64,000 bases of DNA, taken from assembly GCA_965644295.1 (NCBI GenBank), contig CBFFRP010000146.1, forward strand, positions 124,001 to 188,000, written 5' to 3'. Positions within the stretch are counted from its first letter, which is position 1. Every line of letters starts with the position of its first letter. The translations under genes were made by a program, and so were the position numbers. The notes below the pieces were generated by a model that was not told the origin of the DNA, ran no database searches, and was given only the letters and a program-made list of their open reading frames with translations. The stretch is from Paraphysomonas bandaiensis. Lineage: Eukaryota; Protista; Chrysophyceae. Below are positions 1 to 11,289 of this stretch, one piece after another.

Positions 1-830
1 GCCCTCTTATAACAGTTTGTAAAAAATATTTACAGAGATTTGAAAAGTTTTCAGTGTTGAGAGTTTGGAGACTCTGTATTTCCGTTAAAGTCTTCTGGGA
101 TACACTTAAAATATCCATTTATTTATATGTTAATACAGGGGTTGATATGAGATGGTGTTATTATGAGGTAAGGTGATATGTATGTATATATAGAGGGGAT
201 AGATGTGTAGTTAAGGAGTTTAGTGTTTAATAGCAATGAAATATGCATGTAGATATACATGTATGTACTCCACACTGCTCATACTCATACTGCTGTATAT
301 CATACCACAGCTATCATATATAGTATACGGTATACCGACTGCTGTATACTACTCGTGCTCGTATCTATGTATACTACTGTAAAATATCCTTGCTGCGATA
401 CATAGAAAATGGGGATTTTATTGATAATTATCTCTGATTTTCCAGTATTTCAAGATGTTCTGTTCCACAGAGTGAATATCAATTATACGGGTTACATATA
501 ATGCAAATACATCACATGCGTTCCATATATAGAGAGAGACTACACGGGTTACATGATCTCCACATGGCCCGTATGAATGGTTAAGAAATCTATGGTACTT
601 TCACAACAAAACTTGTCCCAAAATCAGCCAGTGAACGAAAATTGGTTCTATCTTGGATACAATGCATTGCTTTTGTATGGAGCATGTACCTCATGTGTAT
701 GGTCCTTATATACAGATGTCTCATCTATATAGACCGAGTGTCTGTAGTAGTACATATGATATATATCTCTTAGCATCTTAAGGGGGGTGTATATATCATG
801 AACCTGCTTTGATTATTACCCTTCATTCAT

Positions 831-2168
831 ATGATGCCTAAAGGGAAAAATAAAAAAAGTGAGAGTGCATTACCTCAAATACGAGTAGAGATCAAGCATC
901 GTAAGGATGCAGAGAGCTCTGATGTCGTTACTAGAGTTTCCGAACAATCGACTGCAAGCAATTCGTATGACAGCCAAGATCTCCACGATATTTCTTACTC
1001 AGAACATAAATCGAAGGATTCATGCACTCGAGGTGACTGCTTGTATCATGTCAGTGCGAAGCCATTGACATCGTCTATGTATGTCAAAGCAACTGCGGCG
1101 TCACATTTCAACCACCACGGAAAGCTATCTAAACAGAATAAGTGTGCTGTCGATGAATCCAATGATAAAACTCTCGACGTTCCTAGAAAGCGTGCCGTAA
1201 GTGCTGAGGAACTATCGCACAAGTGGCACTACTCAAGTGCCGATCAAGAAAACTTATCATTTGAGTCTGTACAACTCGTTGAGAGCTACTTGGAATGTCA
1301 TCACAGTTTTGCAGACCCATCCGTACCGAAACTGGAGTGTGGAAGTAATTCAAAGAGTGAAGTAAATGTTACTCGTAGGTCAAAGCAACGGGTACCTGCT
1401 GTAAAGCAGAGAGGAGGTCAGGGAGTGTATCTGGACAGTAAACTGCCCGCTCCAATGAAGTATCAACTGCCCCCTCAGTTAGTGCCTAGTAGTGATAAAG
1501 GTAATGAGCTAACCAGCTCACCAGAGCGATTTCCTGCGGCTGAATCTAACGTCTTAGGATTAAACTTCTACCGTCCTTGTACACCTTTTAATAAGGAAGT
1601 GAATCAGGATTCTGAATTTCTTCTACATGTTGTCGGAAGTGCTGTATGGAAATCTCCTCGAGTAGGCTCTAACTCTGTAGTGACTGGGAGTAGTAAAGAT
1701 TCCAATGACAAGGACTACGAATTAGCGTCGCAATCCTCAATTTCGCCTGCTTGTCGCCATCTCAGTATTCATATTCCGACATCAGCAAGGTATAACGCGA
1801 ATGACTCAAATCTTCCTGTTATCAATACTGCCCATGAAAAGAAGCGCAATTTGTCAGTGACTAGGGTAAAAAGCCCAAGTGTTCAAACGACGGAGTCACA
1901 CACTGATGGTTGTGAGAGTACTACGGAATCATCTGTGAATCATTTTCCGGAAGGCTACAAGAATCAGGATCCCCGAAAATTACGTGTGGGTGTTGTCGTC
2001 CCAAATCTGAAAGTGAACTGGCGTAAAGCACAAAAAAAGCAACAGCATAGGTTGCGTAGTTACTTTACCCCGAAGGATTGTCGTATGACCAGAATTGACG
2101 AGGATGTAGACCGTTCCGAATCACCCCTCTCATTATTACTCAAGTATTCAGACCGCAGCTCTTCATGA
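831..2168 (+). CDS. Hypothetical Ser-rich, probably disordered protein (445 aa, single exon)
   Basis: Uninterrupted 1.3-kb ORF in AT-rich DNA; no recognisable domain. Confidence 0.6.
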   Translation: MMPKGKNKKSESALPQIRVEIKHRKDAESSDVVTRVSEQSTASNSYDSQDLHDISYSEHKSKDSCTRGDCLYHVSAKPLTSSMYVKATAASHFNHHGKLSKQNKCAVDESNDKTLDVPRKRAVSAEELSHKWHYSSADQENLSFESVQLVESYLECHHSFADPSVPKLECGSNSKSEVNVTRRSKQRVPAVKQRGGQGVYLDSKLPAPMKYQLPPQLVPSSDKGNELTSSPERFPAAESNVLGLNFYRPCTPFNKEVNQDSEFLLHVVGSAVWKSPRVGSNSVVTGSSKDSNDKDYELASQSSISPACRHLSIHIPTSARYNANDSNLPVINTAHEKKRNLSVTRVKSPSVQTTESHTDGCESTTESSVNHFPEGYKNQDPRKLRVGVVVPNLKVNWRKAQKKQQHRLRSYFTPKDCRMTRIDEDVDRSESPLSLLLKYSDRSSS

Positions 2169-3989
2169 GGTTTGACATCTAATACTGTGAACAGCAGCTA
2201 CATATTCAAGTTTTGTTACTATAAAGAACTTAAATTACTATAAAGCATGTATATTCATTGTATCATAGTACTTATATTATCTCTTAAATGCCATTGTAGA
2301 GTGTGAATGGTCTTGTATACTGTAATATGTATTCCAGTATCTGTAATATATACTAAATTTTGATATGATTTCTTGAGAACACATCTATATTTCAAACTTA
2401 AACGAACAATTTTCAAACTTAAACGAACAATTTGATAGCTACATTTTCAGTTTTAGAAATAAATATAAACTCATGTAAACAAACGACGCTCACAAAAACT
2501 CTCAAACATGTTGCTTTAATGACTAGTATATATACATGTATACTACATCCTACATCCCTTTCCACTAGGTTTAAGGTGTAAAGGGAAATCTTTGTCTTCA
2601 CAAGCGTTACAAGGTCTCTCATTTCTCCTTTTATCGAATCACTGTAGTTTCAATCTTTATTAGGCATTATAAATTCGTATACCTAAAAATCAGGAGCGGA
2701 ACACTCTCCTTCTGTCAGATATATACCCCAAGTACATAATCTTACGCAGAGGTATCCACTTTCATCAAAGTCTCTAGCTACCATAGGCCGAATGGGTTAT
2801 AATAACGAATGAAATGGTCCCAACTGTTGCTTCGTCTGGCAGATAGCTGCCCTCTATCTTTGGTCCTTGCATCACAGCACCTTATGGAAACATCAGATTT
2901 ATCCCTAAACGAGAGTGTAGAGCCAATCATATAGCTTCTTATGGTATCGCTTTACAACGGTTGGATATACACCGAAAGCACCAGCAGTACCGTGTACCTA
3001 TACCCACCACAGTACAGCAGTACATACACCATATACAGTCTACCGTATAATTCCATACACAGAGACCTCATACCACACACACGTATATATGGTACAGCAG
3101 TGCTGGGTATGTACCATATATGTATGTATGTGACCAGCCAACACTATTAATTTACGGGTCAGTTTAATTAGACCAGCGAACATAAATACTTGCGGGTAGT
3201 AGATAATTCCCATACGGACAGCACATTGTGATTCATATAATAGTCATTATGAACTCATTATTGAAAAATTCATTTTCATTTTTCTCTCACAGTTTTGTGC
3301 GGCCGTTTTCGAGGTATGAATATACGATTACATGTATATACATATGAACTCATTCTAATAATTACTGTGTAGTGTAATATCTCAGCAACTTTGTCGTTCC
3401 CAGCCATTGCTTATGGGTCAGAACACTGTTGTGCGGTTCATGAATCGCAACGCCAGAATACCAAAGAAGGTATAAATTATAAACACTAATTTGTAAGTAT
3501 AGCTTAATGGTGATTATAGGCCAATCATGGTAAGCGACCTTGCAGTCACGCACGGAGGAGAGCGAAAGTAAAGAGGTTTCAAAGTGCTCGGCTGAAAACG
3601 AAGATATTCGGCCAGTGGTAATTCATAAAATAGTTGTAGTGTGTAGTTTATGAGAACATTAGTGGCATCGGCATTGCTTGCAATAGTCTTCATTCGTAAA
3701 TAAAATGTACTCAAAGTATAGTATGAAAATAGCGTTTTCTCCATATACAATCTATTGTTTTCAAGTAACAAATATTTCGAGCACTACAAAAGGCAGCTCC
3801 ATATTTGCCGAGAAACGGGGCCGGGTAACAATACATCATTACCAGTAAAAATGATAATAATAATATTTTAAAGACCAATAATAAATATATTGTGCTAAGA
3901 AGAAACCATTAGCTCGATCGGTTGTAAGTAGTTAGTAGAGGTACAACATGATGATGAAAACCCGATAACAATTTATCAACGTATCAACT

Positions 3990-4176
3990 AGTACTCTATG
4001 TATTTTAACTTTCAACTCTTCGTCACTGTCGTTCTCATTCTCGTCATGATTGGACAATCCATCATCAATGACATATTGCACTGTCTTTGAGTTGAACAGC
4101 TTGTTGAACCGAAGGAACAGCAACAGTTCAAGGCGCATTCCTCGTCGCAAGTGTGTCATGATAATCTTGGTTCGTC
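3990..4176 (-). mobile_element. Remnant of a hAT transposase C-terminal dimerisation region
   Basis: Translates as RTKIIMTHLRRGMRLELLLFLRFNKLFNSKTV plus an acidic tail. Resembles the hATC C-terminus and the remnant at 45500-45640. No TIRs identified. Confidence 0.55.
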
Positions 4177-6032
4177 AGTCAATTATAATTCCTTTCAATT
4201 GAGACTTTAACATAATGCAGTCCTTAAATGAGTTCTGTATGATATATATTATGTATAGTAAGCCATAACCAGTCACCTGAGAAATAAGAATTAAAATATT
4301 CTTTATATGTGGACAAGTGAGATTGCTGTATTCTATGTCCTATGAACGTCTTGGAGTTGACAGTTGACAACATTTATAGAATTGACAGTATTGGTTCAAC
4401 ATGCCACATCTAATAGTATTCTCATTTATAATAGCTATTTTAAGTACAATGTACTCAGCCTAGGTCTTGCTTCAGAGCCCTACTGTTAGATTGCAGCAGT
4501 ACTGGCGTACTGGATGGACATCAGTTGTTTAGTGTCAAGTGACAACACATATAGCTCTATTATTGTTTTCCAGGCTATGGTTTACAGATTGAATGAATAG
4601 ACATGTTGTAGCTCTGAAAAGTGTTACGTATTACTTAAATTATGTAATGACAGTGTCACAAGGGCTGTTTAAATCGCAGAAAGAAAGCGCTCGTATTGGT
4701 TGGGAGGTGGCTCACAGAAGTTTTGATCACTATTGCCTGCTTTTTCCCGACGTAGTTCAATGGTTCCTATTTTTATGAACAAATACTTAGAGAAAAACTT
4801 CTTTTCGGAGTCGAGTTCGGAATGAAGTTTAACTCCATTGTTTTTAGAGGACTTAAAATTTGGACGCAAAGAAAGTTTTCCCAAGTTATTTAAGCGGTCC
4901 AAACGTAGCGGAAAAAACTGGAAATATTTTGAAAACCATTAACACCCCTAATGCTGGTGGTATTGGGTTAGTATACCAACGCAATGGTGATTCAAGGGTC
5001 GTTTGAAAGTGTCTCTGACCTTAGAATAGCTTGAATACCTGCACGTCTCATGAAGTCTTGTCTCAACATTTTAAGAACGGCCTTGTGAATGATGGACAGT
5101 TACTGACGTACCATGTATTTCTACACTTGTTTACTCTGGTTTATTTTCAATAAAGCCTCATGCAGAGAGCGTGTCTGTCTGCAGATATGAATATGGAAAA
5201 GTCGTGTGCAACATGAATATTACAACAATAGATGTATTTCGCTTTGTTACTATTAGCGGAACAAAGATTCTTGTGGATCCAAAAAACATTACTCCATTAA
5301 CGGGGAAACAAGCTTCACTGTTAATCTGTTCGAGACAATCTCTTGACTCCCAATTCTCTTCCAATGTCGTCGAATTCTCTTTCCTTGATGTCAGTAATCA
5401 CATCATCATATTCATCTGACATTACAATAGGACTAGCCGCTTCTAACGGATAATTTTGTCTCTCTCTTTCCATTAATAAGACTATTTCTCTGGATGACTA
5501 TCTTTTCTTGCAATACTCCTCCATATCTGAGATAGATACACAGTTCAGTGTAAGCAAGCGTATGCATCTCATTTTTCGGTATTTAATTGAAGTAAAATTA
5601 CTTTATATTACTTACATACAAGTACGGATGGAATACAGATAATTGTTGTCTCAATATTAGAGGCATGTGTGAACAAAAATATACACACAGCAAGCAATAT
5701 ACTATATCGTATGCTGGTTAGAAATCTTTGGTTTTGATGTAGTGAACTGACCAATTTAGCTAGAAAATCCTTTTTTTTGTTAGATTTTTGTATATTGTAC
5801 AGAGTATACCAGACTGTATACCAGTATATCATACTTCGTACTTGGAATGTGATGTACAGCTACAGATACTCTGTTAGTGTATCAGTACATCCATATATTG
5901 GTATTCACCACACATTTCATCACTATATACACTCACCTCACCTCATAGTGTTACACAGTGACTACTATACCCTGCACTCGACCTCATAGCATTCTACCAC
6001 TGCATATATTAGTATCTATTCCTTTATTAACT

Positions 6033-6893
6033 ATGGCTCTTATACGGAATATATCCAGACATATGACTAAAGGACCTCTAGTGGGTCGTCATTTTTCTCT
6101 ACTAGGGAAAGGTACGTATATATACATGTATATATGTATATATAGAGAGTGATGCGTGTTTTTGTCTATAGGTTTATCTAGTGTGGAAGCTGAAGAGTAT
6201 TTAGGAGCATTTCCTTGTGTTAAAATGAGAGGACTTCCTTTTGATGTCACTCTTGATGATGTCTGTGATTTCTTGGGTGGTATTCGACCAGTTGACATCG
6301 TGCCACAGATGGGAAAAGGAAAATCTAAAGGTATTGTTTGTTTTTTATATGATATTGATACCTTATGTTTGACTTGATATATAGCAACCGTTGCGGTCCT
6401 CTTCGCTAATGTCAACGATGCTAGCGCAGCACTTAAACTAGACAAGAAGTGCATAGGAGAGAGATACATAGATGTTTTCCGTATCCGCCGGGACGAATTC
6501 CACAAGGTTGTGAGTGAACACCTCGCTGAGCGCGCTCCTATTGTTTTGTCGCGACCCAATATGGCCAACTATGAAGCAGTACTCAAGTTGGACGGCCTCT
6601 CATTCGAAGCCTCTTTCGATGATATCAAGCGGTTCATGTCCGGTACGTTTGTAAGATATTAGCGTGTTAGGGTAAATTTCTGTATTGCAGGTTTTGATAT
6701 TACAAATGACGATATTATATTGGAGGCTAACCAACAGGGCAATCCAAGTGGTGCGGCTTATGTAGGATTTGCTTGTGAGAAAACCGCTGCCAAAGCACTT
6801 AAAGCATTGAATAGAAAAGCAATGGGTATAAGAAATATTAACATATCTACCGTTAACCCTACGGAAGCTGATAAGGTCAAGAGTATTTACTAA
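6033..6893 (+). CDS. hnRNP F/H / GRSF1-like protein with two quasi-RRMs (exons ~6033-6111, 6172-6330, 6385-6642, 6691-6893)
   Basis: CVKMRGLPFDVT...IGERYIDVF, and a second RRM VLKLDGLSFEASFDDI...PSGAAYVGF. GT-AG introns keep the frame. The basic N-terminus resembles a mitochondrial presequence. Confidence 0.85.
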
Positions 6894-7076
6894 GTAATAA
6901 GTAACTGTATTTCTGATTGTGGAATCTGAATCCTTTATCAATTCTGAAGTAGCCTAGAAAGAATATACTGGTGCCAGTATTCTGTATGACAAACGTAGTA
7001 TGAAGTACTACACAGTTAAATATTTGTTCTGAATGTACTACACAGTTAAATATTTGTTCTGAATCACTACTGACAC

Positions 7077-7890
7077 ATGAAGAGTTGTCGTGGTGTAGGT
7101 TTTGTATGTACAGCTTCATTACGTAATACACAGGGCCAGGTAAAATATATTGGATTGCAATATACAATATACTCTTATACTTGTAGTAGCACAGGACATC
7201 TGTCCTATGTTACCACCAAAGTGGTAGACATGAGAGGAGTCATTGTCGCATTCAGGAAACTGGATAAGGAAGGAAATACCACTGAAGAGCAAACTCCGAT
7301 TTATGTCAAAGATGTTGTAAAAAAATACTTATTCTACCAGGTCTCAGACTCAGAATTGTTGAGTTCTGCTACATGAGAGCAATTGAAAGCTGCAATTATA
7401 AGGTATTTAAATATTTAAATTACTGTATTATACAGTTGTAGTCTTGTTAATCGTATTGTGAGAATGAATGACGATAAGTATATAGCGGTAAAACGGAATA
7501 TAGTCACGATGCAAGTTGTAGTGACGATGTAAGATCGTCGTACGAGAAATGAGTGGTAGTGGAGACAACATGATAATGATAAATGATAAGAGATATCGAT
7601 TATAATTTATAATTCTCAGCATTGAGTATAAGTTACCTTCTGTTGTTAAGTTAATACTTCTCATATAATTTCAAACCTTGATAAGAATGACAAGTTTAAT
7701 ACTTTGCTCACTGTTACTACAAATCTGATCTAACTCATTTCGCGAATTATTAAACTTGTCATTCTGAGACCTGGTAGAATAAGTCATTTTTACAACATCG
7801 TTGACATAAATCGGAGTTTGCTCTTCAGTGGTATTTCCTTCAAGTCGAGGTAATACCAAAACCTGGTAAAGCAATTTCACCAGGTTTCAT
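7077..7890. mobile_element. Scrambled fragments of a Ty1/copia-like pol gene with inverted duplications
   Basis: HLSYVTTKVVDMRGVIVAFRKLD...EEQTPIYVKDVV is homologous to 14715-14830(-), which adjoins integrase and protease remnants. 7269-7348 is inverted at 7763-7841. Confidence 0.6.
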
Positions 7891-8245
7891 ATATAAGTAT
7901 TGAGTTATTATTTTACTGTAATTTGTATCTGAGAGGTTAAAGATAAAGAAAAAGTCGCAAGTATAGTTGTTATTAGCAGTATTTATTGCGTTAAAAGTTG
8001 GCCCTGCTATTATTACTTGTGTTTTGTAATATCATATTCTCATATAGCTACACCTGCTTCGCTTGAGACTGCAAACGCTCCAACCGAATAGCCTGATTTC
8101 GGATACATTGCATACGCATATAGCCATCTTTACCACTACTACTTACAGTAGTATTAGTACCTATGCTCGGAAACGACGCGGCAACAGCCGCTGGGGGCAC
8201 ATTGCTAGTAGGTGGAGGATCATAAGCAGGTGAAGGATCATAAGC

Positions 8246-8860
8246 AGTTAGTACAGTGTATAGTAACAACGCACAACAATAATCAGAACAATACCGCATA
8301 TATACGACATACGACCCCGTCACCATCTTTATGAACAGTATTACTTACCCTGCTCGTGCGCTTTCGTGGTATCTCTTCCTCCGCCTCCGGGTCGTCGTTG
8401 GATATGTCGCCACGAATGTTGACAACATTCTTCTTCCCGTTGCACTTCTCCTACACCATAATATGTACACAGTTAGTGCAGTGTATAGTAACAACGCACA
8501 ACAATAATCAGAACAATACCGCATATATACGACATACGACCCCGTCACCATCTTTATGAACAGTATTACTTACCCTGCTCGTGCACTTTCGTGGTATCTC
8601 TTCCTCCGCCTCCGGGTCGTCGTTGGATATGTCGCCACGAATGTTGACAACATTCTTCTTCCCGTTGCACTTCTCCTACACCATAATATGTACACAGTTA
8701 GTGCAGTGTATAGTAACAACGCACAACAATAATCAGAACAATACCGCATATATACGACATACGACCCCGTCACCATCTTTATGAGCAGTATTGCTTACCC
8801 TGCTCGTGCACTTTCGTGGTATCTCTTCCTCCGCCTCCGGGTCGTCGTTGGATATGTCGC
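8246..8860 (-). repeat. 225-bp tandem repeat (~2.7 copies); each unit is a 102-nt exon-like segment plus a 123-nt GT-AG intron-like segment
   Basis: Period 225 (8345/8570/8795). The minus strand reads tgtag|EKCNGKKNVVNIRGDISNDDPEAEEEIPRKRTSR|gtaag. Confidence 0.8.
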
Positions 8861-8863
8861 CAT

Positions 8864-9725
8864 GTCTGAGAGTGGTATCAGCTCTGCAGCAATCTGATGT
8901 ATGTGTACGTGTCTGTCTGTCTGTCTGTGTGCTCAGGAGGTGTGATCCACACAACAATGAACACCTCATCCGATAAACCACACCTCCTGAGCACTCCTCA
9001 CTGTCATCAACAATGTCACCATATTAACATCAGAAGATACTAACTCAGAAGATACATGCATCACTCTATATGTATGCATGTGTATGGTGTGTTAAGTTAT
9101 GCATATATATATATTATTGTCATGATGTGCGTGTTGTAAGCACTGCTCGTGCAGTGTGGTTGCGGTGTAGTATGATGGGTTCAATGTTCAGGTGGGCTCA
9201 AAGCAGGGGGAATAGGAAGTGTTCTAACGTGCACAATCAAACGATGTTATAATGTTTCGTCTGCTTGTACTTGTTGGACCTCTCTACACGAGTCCACACT
9301 CCTCAATCCACTGTATGAGGCTCTGTGCTACAGCCTCGTGACCAAACACTGTCATGAAGACCTTCCTGGAAGGCAGTTATAAGCCTGCAACTCTGAACCA
9401 CATAGTAAGAAGTGTCATCTGAGAGTGGTGTGACCTCTGCAGCATTCGGAGGTGTGTGTATGTATGTGTGTGTCTGTCTGTGTGCTCAGGAGGTGTGATC
9501 CACACAACAATGAACACCTCATCCGATAAACCACACCTCCTGAGCACTCCTCACTGTCATCAACAATGTCACCATCTAAGCACCAGAAGATACTGACTCA
9601 GAAGATCCATCCCTCTATATGTATGTATGTGTGTGTGTGTGTGTTAAGTTATGCATATGTATTATGGTCAAGATGTGCGTGTTGTAGTCACTGCTCGTGC
9701 AGTGTGGTTGCGGTGTAGTGTGATG
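8864..9725. repeat. Two diverged direct copies (~8864-9175 and ~9415-9725), each with a perfect 16-bp inverted repeat
   Basis: GTGCTCAGGAGGTGTG...CACACCTCCTGAGCAC at 8929-8994 and 9482-9547; the flanking sequence also aligns. Confidence 0.75.
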
Positions 9726-10067
9726 CACACCGCGTCCTCACCACACACTCATGACGCGTGTTCGACGCTCTTGTGGGGCGTTTTTGGTCAAATTCAAATT
9801 TTTTTTGTACGTGTTTTTCTATATGTTATGCTGCGCCGTGCTCGATCTGGGCGCACATGCATGTCTAGATGTGTCCGGTGCGAGGAACATATTTTGAAAT
9901 GCATGCACTTCATCTCCATGTGCAGTTAGTTTCTATCACATCAACACCATATCAATAGTAGCATGTGATGTGATGTGATGTGATGTCATCTGGGACACAC
10001 AAAAAGGTACGACGACACGAACCTGTCTGCCATGAATGTCTGTTATGCTTGATTACATGTACGTACG

Positions 10068-11104
10068 TATATATAATGGTTGCGGAAGGAAACCTGTGAC
10101 TTCAACTCGCCTCAATAGCGGTGGCGACTGCTATTGGGACAGTGTCGTCATGAAAAGATGTGACCTTCCCAACCTTCATATGTTATACTTGTTTGTTCGG
10201 TCACCTGTGATATCCACTCGTGTCAGTAGCGGTGGCGACTGCTATTGGCGCAGGGTTGTCATGAAAAGATGTCGACAGAACTTACTTGTATGTTATACTG
10301 TATATATAATGGTTGCGGAAGGAAACCTGTGACTTCAACTCGCCTCAATAGCGGTGGCGACTGCTATTGGGACAGTGTCGTCATGAAAAGATGTGACCTT
10401 CCCAACCTTCATATGTTATACTTGTTTGTTCGGTCACCTGTGATATCCACTCGTGTCAGTAGCGGTGGCGACTGCTATTGGCGCAGGGTTGTCATGAAAA
10501 GATGTCGACAGAACTTACTTGTATGTTATACTGTATATATAATGGTTGCGGAAGGAAACCTGTGACTTCAACTCGCCTCAATAGCGGTGGCGACTGCTAT
10601 TGGGACAGTGTCGTCATGAAAAGATGTGACCTTCCCAACCTTCATATGTTATACTTGTTTGTTCGGTCACCTGTGATATCCACTCGTGTCAGTAGCGGTG
10701 GCGACTGCTATTGGCGCAGGGTTGTCATGAAAAGATGTCGACAGAACTTACTTGTATGTTATACTGTATATATAATGGTTGCGGAAGGAAACCTGTGACT
10801 TCAACTCGCCTCAATAGCGGTGGCGACTGCTATTGGGACAGTGTCGTCATGAAAAGATGTGACCTTCCCAACCTTCATATGTTATACTTGTTTGTTCGGT
10901 CACCTGTGATATCCACTCGTGTCAGTAGCGGTGGCGACTGCTATTGGCGCAGGGTTGTCATGAAAAGATGTCGACAGAACTTACTTGTATGTTATACTGT
11001 ATATATAATGGTTGCGGAAGGAAACCTGTGACTTCAACTCGCCTCAATAGCGGTGGCGACTGCTATTGGGACAGTGTCGTCATGAAAAGATGTGACCTTC
11101 CCAA
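10068..11104 (+). repeat. 233-bp tandem array (~4.4 copies) of two alternating related hairpin sub-units (5 A, 4 B)
   Basis: Units start at 10078, 10311, 10544, 10777 and 11010. Both sub-units share TAGCGGTGGCGACTGCTATTGG and GTCATGAAAAGATGT. Confidence 0.95.
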
Positions 11105-11289
11105 TCTGCACGTGTTGCATCCGTGTATTCTGTGCCCATGGTCTTTTGCTTGCAGTAAAATACATATCTATTATAAATATACATTAACTATTGAAATATA
11201 TTGTACAGATATATTTACTATTAGCATGAAAGAACCAGTGCCATGTTGAAGACCTTTATGTCCGCCTGCTGCATGCATTATGTGGTAAG

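Noticed and set aside
2419-2935. Possible small spliced minus-strand gene
   Set aside because: Splice-like signals are present, but I could not build a consistent model or recognise a domain.
4460-5560. Short coding-like fragments, possibly TE debris
   Set aside because: No diagnostic motif.
10068-11104. CRISPR array, hammerhead ribozyme, 5S rRNA or attC interpretation of the 233-bp array
   Set aside because: Spacers are identical and there are no cas genes. CTGTGA...GAAA lacks the CUGANGA core and correct stem geometry. There is no 5S similarity, and the GTT/AAC order is opposite to attC.
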